Below are positions 45,901 to 57,200 of a DNA stretch of 64,000 bases, in pieces (the stretch's first letter is position 1; each line of letters starts with the position of its first letter). The notes under the pieces are model-generated. The model searched no databases, was not told the DNA's origin, and saw only the letters and a program-made list of their open reading frames with translations. The position numbers and the translations under genes are program-made. Where the stretch lies: the NCBI RefSeq assembly GCF_009914755.1, contig NC_060932.1, one strand, 5' to 3'. Origin of the DNA: the human T2T-CHM13v2.0 reference genome, Homo sapiens.

Positions 45901-48900
45901 GCTGCAATATTTGGGACAGAACTGTCTGAGTTTATAGTTTTCTATGCCTGCTAAAAACAGATGCAGACTACCACACTAGCTGTCCTGCGGAAACTAAATT
46001 AAGGAAAGGCAAATACCAAGTGGAAAGTTGTCAGCCTGTTGAATGAATGGCTTCATTTTACACACCAGAGAAATCTTAATAAGAATATGTTTTAATGTAA
46101 GCCAGTCATTTTAAGTTCATCACTTATTACAAAAATAATCTTTCCTTTAAATCAATTATAGACACCTGCCCATAACTTTCTTAAAGTCTGTGTTGTTGTA
46201 CACGTAATAGCATAGTGTTGTTACATTATTGTTGCTATCAAAAGAAGAACTGAAGTTAAAATATAATTATTCTAAAATATTCATGTTATGAAAAATGTTT
46301 AAAGGTCAGTTATCAGCATTTATTCCAATTTCAAATTTGGAATAAAGTTCTAGTTCAAAAACAATTTGCTGCAAGTCCTCTGGAAACTTTCAGTAATGTT
46401 TATTTACAACAAAGAAGGTAAGACAAGCGTTTATAAAAATCTACAGTCTTTGGTTGCTTTCTTAATAAAAATGTACACATCATTAATCACATATTGTGGG
46501 TTGTATGTCTGTACACACATACACATATACATCTAATAATAGTAGTGATAATAGAACCGTCACTGAAATACTAGAATCGTAAAAGCTGCTTTTCTACAGA
46601 TGCATGCATTTCCCTGTTTTAAAGGTCTTCCTTATGAATGAATATTTCCTTATAGGAAGAGATCTATATGATGTAAATCAGAATAAACTCAGGAGTGGTA
46701 GGTGACTTAAATAATACTGAAAATATGGTAGTAGTATGTGTAACTTATTTCGGATTAGCACACTGATTCCGATCCTAAACTGGTTTTCAAACACGTATGC
46801 AGAAAATTTTATAAAATCATTTAAAATATTAGTCATCGAAATGCTAAGTTCTAAATTCAGCTCAGACTTCACAGCTATTATGACATTTTTCTCCTTACCT
46901 TTAACGTTACCTTTAAGAGACAAAGGACAAAACCTAAATAGTAGCACAGACCCTTACAGCATCTAGAATTCAAAGGAGTGACAAACTTTGTGTTAGTAAC
47001 TTGCTACTTTCCACCACTTATTTGAAAAGTGTTAGACTTAGGTATTATGTATGGAAAAGCAGTCTACACATATATATCCTAACATATAACATACATATCA
47101 GGAAGCCATAAACATCAGCTCGCCAGTGGTAAATAATACTTCGCCAACAGAGTACTAATGAAGCTTCAGAAGGCCTCACATTCAGAGAAATCAAGTTATA
47201 ATGTTGGCATTAAGGCTCTATTTGCCCCTCAGGAGTTTTATTTTCACATTATTAACATCCAGAAATAATCGTCAAACTTTAGCATGTTACTAGCCCTGTA
47301 TATTGAACTGAATCTAGAGATGTTTTTATCCAAAGGTGTAGCTTTAAAAGGAAGTTATGAAATCCAAGGAGAGAGAAACTCTAAGAATATGTTTGACTTG
47401 TTAAGATTAAGCATATCATTAATAAACTTTCACTTAAAGGTAAAAAAAAAAAATCCTCAAAATGTTGGTATCATTTCCAGACTGTCCTGTCAGCATCAGA
47501 ACTTACAGGAAACGCTTCATCTTCCCATACAAACCCTGTATTTATTCACAACCCTGGCATACTTGGGGAAAGAAAAAAAAAAAAGCCCACACGATTTTAG
47601 ATCCTGTTTGCTTTTATACGTTAACTGGTGGAATATCTGAGAGAGCCTTCTAAGCAAATGAGCGGCATGTAAAACTTCACAACAGTGAGTTCAGAAACTT
47701 TCATTCTCATTTTGTCCACGTCAAGAACTGGCTGCCCGCATGACTTTCCTCTGCTGTCCCTTGCATTTTTAACTCTGGCAGCCTTTTCTAAATGATCAAC
47801 TTTTTCTAAAACCAGCAGGAAAGTAACATGATGCCAGCAAGATCCATAGGTTTTAGCTTCAGAGCTGGAGGACTTTGAAGAATTGTTGGAAGGTTCCTAT
47901 TTTATTTTTGCTTTGAACAATCAAGTTTTAGCCAACAACCAGGCCCAGAGTTATCATTTCTTTGTAATTTTGTCTCAGGCCCTATCTGTATTTTTCTTTT
48001 GTACTTATTATCTCTCCCAGACCCTTTCCTGTTCACCTGGTGTGTTTACAAAAGTTCAATGAATCTACAAAAGTTCAATGAATAGGCCTAACTTGTCTCA
48101 GATTTAACTCCTCCGCTGAGCTTCTCACTTCACTTACCTCGCTTAAACTCTAGCCGTGATTTTCCAAAATGGCATAAGAATGAATATTCTATCATAATTT
48201 AGATTCATCATTAAGATCAATGGCTTACTCAAAAAACTTTCAAAGCATCAAATATGAGGCCTAAAAAGATAGAGGGAAGTAAAGCCGGTCCTAAAATTTA
48301 ATAAGTCCAAGATTCCCTCTGAAACCCACCAGTCCTTCTCACCCTCTAACTTAAATTGCTTTAGAGTCCTGGGGCCATAAAACAGTTGCTGACTTCCCTG
48401 GGGAAAGGGGGAAACACCACCATCTCAGACAGGTACTAACGAAAAAGCTTTCCCAGCCACAAAAACAGCTTTGCACTTCAAACAGCTCCCACCGCCGCCT
48501 CACCCTCAAATTATTCCTGGGGTCCTATAATCCTGGAGTTATTTGGAGGGACAGCGATGTTTGCCTTGGCCTTTCAAAGATGCGTTTCTCTAGATCCCAA
48601 ACAGGAACCAGACAGAAGGCAAAGCGTCTGTCCGCTTGGATGTCCCACCGCTGTCAGGCATTTAATCACCGGCCAGTGTCCCCTGACCCGCGCGACACAT
48701 GGCGCATCAACCGCATCGCAGAGGAAGTCTGCCCCTTCCTCAGCCCCTACGGAAGCGCCCGGGCTGCAAGGCCCTGCCACATGGTACGGACAGGGCACAG
48801 ACCGCTCGGCCAAGCTGTCCTGAGCCGCTCTGAGGCGGGTGCACCAAGGGATGCGACACCCGCCTTCTCCAGAGCCCAGCTGGGCCTTTAAGGGAAAAAA

Positions 48901-49026
48901 GTTTGAAGCCTGCATTTGCAAACTCTTCAAAGCCAAAGGCAGTCCTGTGCTGTTTTCCCACTTTGGAGACCATACGGAGGCCCGTCTCTGAGACCCTCCC
49001 GACCCTCCCGAGTTCGCCCAACTTAC

Positions 49027-49036
49027 TACTCTGCAT
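49027..49036 (-). CDS. TRPS1: Coding end of an alternative first exon: ATG CAG AGT A| giving MQSN-MVRKK when spliced to exon 3
   Basis: Consensus donor A|GTAAGT at 49027/49026; phase 1 matches exon 3; -3A Kozak; agrees with an MQSN isoform I recall being annotated. Confidence 0.85.
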
Positions 49037-49697
49037 GCTGGTGCCTAGTCTGCGCCCCGCTTGTCACGAGCCCCCAGAAAACTTGCAGTGGCGGCGGCGG
49101 CGGCGGCCCCTCGGGTCCAACCACCTCCAGCTCCTCCGCTGCGCCCGGTAGGAGAGAATTAAAATCAGCCAGAAAGAGACAGCGAGGGGGAGTGGGGCTG
49201 CGAGGGGGAGGGGGCACCGGCCTGAAACTTCTTTTTTTGGCAAATGGGGATTTGTTTTTCCTCCTCCCCGGCGGCTGAACTTGACCCTGCTGACTCCAGG
49301 GGCTACTGCAGTTTGAAGTCGCTGGTTTCCAAAGCTCAGATGCCTCAGACCCACCAAAAGGAGGAGAGGAAGGGGGAAAAAGGGAGCAGAAGAGAAGAAA
49401 GAAAGAAAGAAATCACACGCTCAAAAAGGAAGAAAGAAAATGCATGTGAAACCCGAGAAGCCTGCGCTTGGCTTTCTGCACACTCTCCCTCTGCTTTTTT
49501 TTTTTTTTTTTTTTTTTTCAAAGAAAGTCACTTTTAATTCCCAGGGCTCCCCGCTCGCGATCGCCCACATTTTGCGCGCACACGAGCGGGCGCTGCACTC
49601 GCGTCGCGGCGCCCCGGGCCCGGCCGAGGGGCGCCCGCGCCCCCCGCGCCCCCCGCAGCCCCCGGCCCCGCGGCCCGCTCGGGCCTCCCCTCCTTAC

Positions 49698-49870
49698 CTG
49701 TTGATTAATCGTCAAGAACACCCTCGGCAGCCCGAAAGATGGTGGCGCGGCGGCCAAAGCCATGAACCGTCTTCTGTTGTTTGCAGAGTTGATCTTGGAT
49801 TATTGCGGGGGGGAGAGAAAAAGGTCTTTCCTGCCTCCCCCCCCTTTCCCTCCCCCACCCTTATTAAAAA

Positions 49871-49902
<32 letters not shown>

Positions 49903-50130
49903 AGGAAATAGAGCAAGGATGTGCCCGGTGCCGGGTGGGAGAGGGGAGGGGGTGTTGTTTTTTGTTTAAAAAAAAAAAAAAGAAATAGGAAGGCGAGAGA
50001 GCAATCGAGAGGACGCGAGGTCTGGAGAAACCAGCAGCACCAAAAAAGAGGACGCTAGAGATTGCAGTAAGATCGGGTCTTTATCAGAAATGTTATCGCT
50101 TGTCAGGACCTCAGTCTCCGCGCATTACGT
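49698..50130 (-). other. TRPS1: TRPS1 major non-coding exon 1 (5' boundary approximate)
   Basis: Donor CAACAG|GTAAGG at 49698/49697 inside the CpG island, followed by a very GC-rich intron start. TSS position is inferred. Confidence 0.85.
49867..49907. repeat. (GA)n microsatellite / purine tract within exon 1 (reads (CU)n in the mRNA)
   Basis: Directly visible. Confidence 0.95.
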
Positions 50131-50497
50131 CAGTTTCAAGACACCAACACTATTAATATCAAAGGAGCCTTCGCGGAGGAAAGCGCCACCCCAGACCGAG
50201 CTCCCTTAAAGAGACAGCGCGCGTCCCCGCGCCGCCGCCGCCGCCCCGCCCGGCTCCGAGCACCCGCCGCCGCCGCCCGCCGGGACCGGCCCCGGCCGCG
50301 GCGAGCCGGCTGCGCGAGAACTTCGCCCGAGTCGGAGCGCCGCAAATGAGAGCGGCGCGGTGCAGGGACCCGGCTACCTTCCCGCCCCGCCTCTCCCCCC
50401 TCCTCCCTCCCCCACCTCCCGTCTGTGAACGTGCGGGCTGGAAAAGGAGGAAAAATCCGAACGCGTTAGGAATAATGTGATAAAGACGAGGACTTAC

Positions 50498-50680
50498 CTT
50501 GGGGTAGTGGGGGGCAGGTGGGGGGCAGTGCGTGGCCGCCAAACCGACGTTCCCCAGACACTCAGAGATGCTAACAGAAACAATTTAAAGAACTCTCAAA
50601 GTCCTTTTACCTTTTCTGTTGTTACTTTCCCTTCTCTCTCCCAATTAAACGACGCAGGATGTGTGTGTGCGTGTGCGCCC
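50498..50680 (-). other. TRPS1: Candidate upstream alternative non-coding first exon of TRPS1 (5' boundary unknown)
   Basis: Perfect donor AAG|GTAAGT at 50498/50497; GC box and GATA motif at ~50680-50700. Confidence 0.6.
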
Positions 50681-53600
50681 CCTCCCCCGCCCTTTATCTG
50701 TGGCAAGAAGTCTTAGGACACCTAGTTGGTGATCAGGATTCCCCACGATTTTCACGGCAAGAAGGCTTGAGGAGAACAACTTGAACTCTATCCTGAGTTG
50801 GAGAAGTGCGGACTGAGGTTGCTATGGTTTTCTGAGCTAAAGAGAAGCCAGAAACTCAATGGGTGCTTTAAGGGGGTACCACAAAACAGACAAAATGGGA
50901 ACATTATTCAAATGCTGCAAGATTAATACATGCAGTTTGGGTTTTAGTAGCAGATAAGGAACTCTGAATTAAGCGTGACATTCTTTTTTACCTACTTTAC
51001 ATCTCCATATACTCTCATTATTAAGAGAAATTGCCTCAACATAAAGTTCACTGGATTGAGCTTTTTTTTTTTTTTTTTGACTTCTAAAGATCAACAATGC
51101 ATAAAACATTACCATGACAGGATTCAAAGTATAGTAGGTGTTAAAAACAAAGTAAACATTTCTTGGGCGTTTGGACTTCATTTTCTTCAGTTGGGTGACT
51201 TTAAGTGGCATGTTTTTCCTCTGGTGAAAGTCAGTTTAAAGTAATTTTGTGCTAAAAGGAGAAGCATCTTTCCTTTTCCAAACTACAAAATGATTAAAAT
51301 TAGAATCTTAGGTACAATCATGAATCTGAGAGCCGAAGATGAAGTAATTTCCTCCAAAATATTTTTCACTAAATGATTCTTGCATCTTTTTAGAGAAAAG
51401 ATGGGTATATTTTCCAAACATACTATTATCAGAAGTGAAAAAGCCAATCATTTTAAAAAATTAAAACTGAAGTAGGTGCTTTTAGAACCTTATTCCTTTT
51501 TCTCTATGGTCTTTATTTAATATACCTAGTCAAGCAGATATGTGATTTTTTTTTTGTAGCACATTTATTCCAGAAGTATTTTGGTACCGTTTCCCATACA
51601 CTCTTTATGAGTAGAAAACCAATAATTCTTTTGCAATAGAGAAACTAGTCAGGTGAAAAAGTAGTCAAAATACAGTTTCACAATGAGGCAAACAATATAT
51701 TTCCTAAAGGAGAGAGAAGACAATGAGCCTCATATGCCTGGAGTTATTCATATGTTATCATCCATTTAAATTAATTTGAGAACAGAGTTAGATTTATATA
51801 TAGTACTGCATGCCGGGAAAATTAATATCAAAATCTTCAGTAAATCTCATAGTCAGCTACTAATGACCACCTGCATATTTCCACACTGGAGTCATTTAAT
51901 ACTGTCCACCACCAATTTCCACTGTAAAATGTATTCACATATTAAATATAGACCTTTTATTTTCTTTTTTTAAGCCATAAATTAACTTGCTGACTTTTAT
52001 GGAAATATGCACGGCACAGTGAGAAGCATTTTTATTAAAGGAAAAAAATAAGGATCTGAGTGAAACATTCTTGAGCCATGACTAACTAAAAATATTAAAT
52101 CAATTTTGAAATATGTATTCGAACAGTAAGACTGTTTTGTATTGAAAGGGTTAATATCACCTAAAACTGCTGAAGCTGGTATCTAACTGATAAAATCTGA
52201 GGCTATAGCATCTTAGCAAAGTTAAATAGTACAATTTATCACAAGGATTAGGCCCCTAATCTCCTTCTGCTCCCCAAGATTTAGATGACATTTTAAAAGG
52301 GGAAGTGATCTTCCTCTCCATCACCCACAAATCTAAGGCAATCATCAAGACTGTAAATTTATTCACATGAAACAATCATTGATTAAATTGGTTCAAAAAA
52401 AAAATGAAATTACATGCTTTTGCAAGCACAAAGCCCTTGAGATGGCTGGTGTTTTTCCACCTGTAATAATACAAAATTTGACTATTAAGTGTACCCAAAA
52501 TTACATATTATATGAAAAGTTAAAGCCAAAGGTCTGAGGGTGAATTATGTCTTTTAATTGAAAGGATAAAGTTACACTTCAGGTACTGAAGCCAACAAAT
52601 TCATGGTCACTTAAAAATTTAATGAATGAAGTTTCACGGACTCAATCTTGCTGAAGTTTGCCTGAGAAATGAAGAATCTCTTCATGTTACTTTTTGTATT
52701 TCAAGTTAGAGTAGAGCAGATCAAACTGCTGTCTGTATCAATTCATTTACATTAACCACAAAGGATCTGTAGAGAACTTAATAAAAGCTCAAATATTTTT
52801 GTAAACTTTTGCAAGCAAATTACTTATTTATTTATGAAATAATTTATGAAGAAAATTTTTACCTCATGCTTTAGATACATTACATGTGCTCTTGATTGAC
52901 ACAATATGTTTAAGCTCAAAGGCCCTCATAGCATTTTTTAATTCTAGTAGGAATATTTCAAAACAACCAACTAATACATGAGGTCATAATTGTTTGACAG
53001 TTGTTTTTAATGTATAAAATAAGTTACGTATATTGTTTTCCTTGAAATGTTTGTTGATTTGTTTTTCTAGTCCTGACATTTGCATGGCACAAACTGAATT
53101 AAGGGAAATATTAAAGATTTATTTACATTTAATACCTTCTGCTGTCAAACATATGCAAAACTCTTAAAACCATTCCCTTATTTGCAACGCATTTCTGAAC
53201 AATGGAGACTGGATATTAAAAAGACAACCTGTGCTTTTATAGGACACACCAGAAAATAAAGAAGATATTAAGAGAAAGAAAAAAGCAAACAAAAGAAGCA
53301 CATTTTAATTAAAATAATTTCTTTATAATCTTTCATAATTCTTTGAATTATGGAATCTTCTCTTGTGGCTTTAGCACTGATGAAACAGTTCCTCAAGCTG
53401 TATTATTAATGCATATTATTTATCAAAATGACATACTATAATATACTTTTTCTGTTTTATTATTTAAACATTCTTTTCCCCCCTTTTCTTGTAGTTTATT
53501 CAGCAGAGATACAAAGAGGGATTAGTAGTTAAGCACAAGCATACTTGTTTTACATTTTCAACCTTTTAGCACACTACTTACTTACAGTTCCAGTGCCTGT

Positions 53601-54399
53601 AATCACAATGATTTTACCTGATGGAACACGTATTTCAGAAATGTAATCCAACTGTTTACCCTAACACGTCATAAATTGCAATTCCTTTTAGAAACCTCAA
53701 AGATTGACAACCCTTGGTCCTAAATGCCGACTGCTTTAACACATACTATCAAGAAAACATTTATGTATTATTTGCTTTCAAGTTAGTCCTACCCCATGTG
53801 AAATGGAAGACCCTTTACCTTCCAGCATATCAAAAGCAATTATTGAAATACTCTGCCTTCCTTCACGGTAAGACCTGAAGGAACAGAGGCATTATCAGAG
53901 ATGAACTACCTTAAGTTTATTTCTTCCCACAATCACTCGGCAATCAACGTTTAAAAACATACTCTTCCACACAAATTATGGTAGTTTTCCAAACTACCTA
54001 TTGCTGAACACCTCTGGGTGAATTTATTAAAGAAAAATTCAGCTTTAAATAGCCTGTATCTGGTATTCAAACTCACACTTACACTTGCCAATCTTCCCCC
54101 TGCAATATCAGGCAATTGCCTAGTTAAACAGATGGGCCTTGCAGCCCACCCTAAAAGCCAGCAAACATGGGCTTTATTTAATTAAAAAGGGAAACAAATT
54201 TCTGAGGTGTAGACACACACACAGAGAGACATACACACACAATCTCTGACCGGGGTCAATCCCAGAATAAAAATATTGATTCTTGCTTTCTCATTAGGTT
54301 TTATGAATGTCCAACCATATACTATCCACTGGATTGAAAGAACTAAATGAGATCATTCAGTGCTGTATACTCAGACCAAATCTCTATGGGAAATAGCTG

Positions 54400-55490
54400 A
54401 ACTCATTTCCTTTCTCTCAAGTAAGAGAGAACATTTACATCTGAATTAACCCAGATTCAACTCTTCTCCATCTGACATTGAAGAGTAGGTGTTTTCCAAT
54501 TTTCTTCCTATTTCTACCCCCTGCTCCGTTATCCTCTGCTGCTTTGCACTCTTATCCCACCCACTACTCCATACTTACGCAATAAACTCTCAGTTGTACA
54601 TAACCAAACTCAACATCTGATTTTGCCTAAATTTCAGACTAAAATAATCCACTAGAAACTCAAATTTAATATGACCAATATCATCATTAAGAAAGAGGAG
54701 ACTATAAAGACAGACAACATGGAAGGAGGAAGGAAATAGACAAACCTTATCTCTGTTCAAGGCCTGAGTCATCCAGACCAGAAACCTCAGGATTTTGGCA
54801 ATACCTTCTCCCATAAGCCCCACATCCAATCATTTACTAGTCCTCTATTGCTTCTTTTTAAAAGGTGTTTGTACCTGTTACCACCTTTCTTTTCATCCAC
54901 ATGGATCCTTCTCAAACCCAAAAGTTAAAATCTTTCTCAAGACATCCAGTTGAATGTGTCATCCCTACTCTAACCCCTCATGACCTTATGACAAAAATCC
55001 TATAACTCTCAACTGCCAGAAGAATAACCCCCAAAAGCTTCAAGTTCTTTCATAACCTAGTCCAAAATGGCTTTCTGGCCTCATTCTTCACTCAACTCTT
55101 CCACACAGACCATTCTCAATCATTGATTGACTCCCCATTCCCCAGATACAGCTAACATTTCAGAACGTCTTGGCTTATGCTTACAGAGCCACCTCACTTC
55201 GAAGGCTTTAAAGAGACTTTTATGCTAAATCTCCATGTGCATATCCTCTCTTCTTCTAAGGTCAAACTGAGATTCTGCCTTTTTCATAACCTTCATCAAA
55301 TTCCAAATCATAATCAGCAGTGCAAGAACTAAGATTCTATAGAATTTGCTTCCATTTCTAAGTAGCAGTTCATCACAGTGACTTCTATGATATTGTTCCT
55401 TGAATTATCTCCCTCCCCTGCTAAACTGAAAGATTCCTGAGGGCAGAAAATCATGAAATCATAGTTACTCAATAACATCTGTTGAATTGA
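54400..55490 (+). mobile_element. Diverged L2 fragments
   Basis: CCAAACTCAACATCT, CCAGAAACCTCAGGA, CCCCACATCCAATCA, and a 3'-end-like CTCAATAACATCTGTTGAATTGA. Confidence 0.6.
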
Positions 55491-55574
55491 TTTTGGAGAT
55501 TGGATCAACCTCTTTAAATTCTACCTAGAAACAAACCTTTGAGGCCAGGTTTCAAATGTTCTATGTGGCTCACT

Positions 55575-55782
55575 CATCCTTTCATTTCCTTCCCTTCCCT
55601 TTCTTTCTTCCTTCCTTCCTTCCTTCCTCCCTCCCTCCCTTCCTTCTTTCCTTCCTTCCTTTCTCTTTCTTTTTCTTTCTCTTTCTTCTTTTCTCTCTCT
55701 GTCTCTCTTTGTGTGTGTGTCTCTCTCTCTCTTCTCTCTGTCCCTCCCTTCCTCTCCCTCCTTCTCCCTCTTTCTTTCTTTC
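55575..55782. repeat. Compound pyrimidine-rich low-complexity repeat ((CCTT)n,(CT)n,(GT)n)
   Basis: Directly visible; source of several spurious ORFs. Confidence 0.95.
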
Positions 55783-56569
55783 ATACACATGGGCTGATGC
55801 ATCATGTACTAATTGAAACTTCTGGGTGGCCTTCATCTCAGCTACATATTTTTGGCAATGTATCAGAGGAGACATTTGTCCTCTTCTGAAATATTGTCCT
55901 CATTATCATTAAGTTTTGGTTTATAATTCCATGTTGCTCTAAAAATAGTGACTTAAAAGATCCTTAAATCCAAGGCATTAAAATATAGGAGTATTGAAAA
56001 TGAGGCTGAAAGCAGATAAATTTTAGATGGGAAGGGATTATTTGTAGTTTTAGAAGCCAGGAGTATGAATTAAGAAAGTTATAACAGTGAGGTAGGAATA
56101 AGCAAACTCTTTAGACATTAACAGTATTTTTTTCTCTCTCTCTTGTTTACCATTAAAATATTGAATCGTCTTAGCATAATTCCATCTGTTCAAGTTTTGC
56201 AGATGTTAAACTCTCAAAAGCTTATGTGACATTTAATTAATTTTATACACCCAAATGTCCAGGTTCCAGCAGAGATTCCATTATAATGTTCTATGAATCT
56301 AACGGAAGTATGTGTGTGTGAGCACATGTTTGTGTGTGTATACATGGGCATGTGTCTGGGACTGCATGAGCATCTGGCAAATGAAAACCCCTGTTTTGCT
56401 GGCATTCCATCTTGGTGGTCACACAGTTAACTTACCCTCAGTACATCCAGACAAGTTGAATTGACTGCTCCATCAAGAGCCACATAGGCATTGCTAAATG
56501 ATCACATGATAAGTATTAGTTATTATTTTCACTCTAAACTTCATTCATCAGTAACTCTACATTAATTAG

Positions 56570-57011
56570 AAGACAGTAAACTGTCAGTTTCTGGAAGGAA
56601 GGCACTTTCCACATTCTCACTCTGCTCTGTGCCATGAGAGAAGGAGCACTTTATCGCCTGATCTCCCTTGCCATCTAGGTTCCAGGGGGTTTTGGCCAAG
56701 AGCACCATTAGATCAGAGAACAGGAAGAGAGATAATCAGTGTACTTATCCCCCTGTCTCCTTTCTTTCATATTGGGCAGCCCTTCTTCCATGGCTATACT
56801 CATAGGGTTCTAGTAATAAGTCCCTCCCCTTATGGTTTTAGTCCTGAGGGTTGAAGCTACTTCTGGCTGTTACTAGGCCCTGGGTGTTTCACCATCTCTT
56901 TTTGGCTTCCTTAATCCTACTCATACCTTTCTGTAAATGACCCTTCATTAAATTCTCTTTAATTACTCCTTTGAGTGTGCCTTGTATTATCTGCTTGGAC
57001 TCTTATTGACA
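56570..57011 (+). mobile_element. Solo ERVL-type LTR (LTR33-like)
   Basis: 3' end TGTAAATGACCCTTCATTAAATTCTC...TTTGAGTGTGCC...TGACA resembles the LTR33 consensus as recalled. Confidence 0.65.
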
Positions 57012-57064
57012 TAGAGGACTTGTGATAAAATCACTTTTGCACCCTACAGTCTAGCATCATTTTT

Positions 57065-57200
57065 ATAATTTAATTCAGTAAAGACAAACAATTATATGTT
57101 GAGTAATTCCTGTGTGCCAGACACTGTTAGATATTGGGTACCCCAGTGGTAAATGAGCTGACATGGCTCCTACGTTGTGGATGTTACGATCTAATTAAGA
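57065..57200 (-). mobile_element. L2 3'-end fragment
   Basis: TTGAGTAATTCCTGTGTGCCAGACACTGTTAGATATTGGGTACCCCAGTGGTAAATGAG. Confidence 0.6.

Larger units (their letters stand above)
48550..50760. promoter_or_regulatory. TRPS1: TRPS1 promoter CpG-island complex
   Basis: Very high GC/CpG; (GCC)n runs, GC boxes, a CRE-like TGACGTAA, WGATAA motifs; contains multiple minus-strand splice donors. Confidence 0.95.

Noticed and set aside
50111-50125. Mini-uORF ATG CGC GGA GAC TGA (MRGD*)
   Set aside because: It overlaps the presumed TSS/CRE region; inclusion in the mRNA cannot be established without TSS data
48557-50716. Many overlapping ORFs in the promoter island
   Set aside because: GC-content artefacts, several crossing homopolymers. 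Only the AUGs at 49763 and 49036 were kept, because splice donors follow in compatible phase.
55521-55889. Charged or hydrophobic ORFs of 86-116 aa
   Set aside because: Translations of a simple repeat
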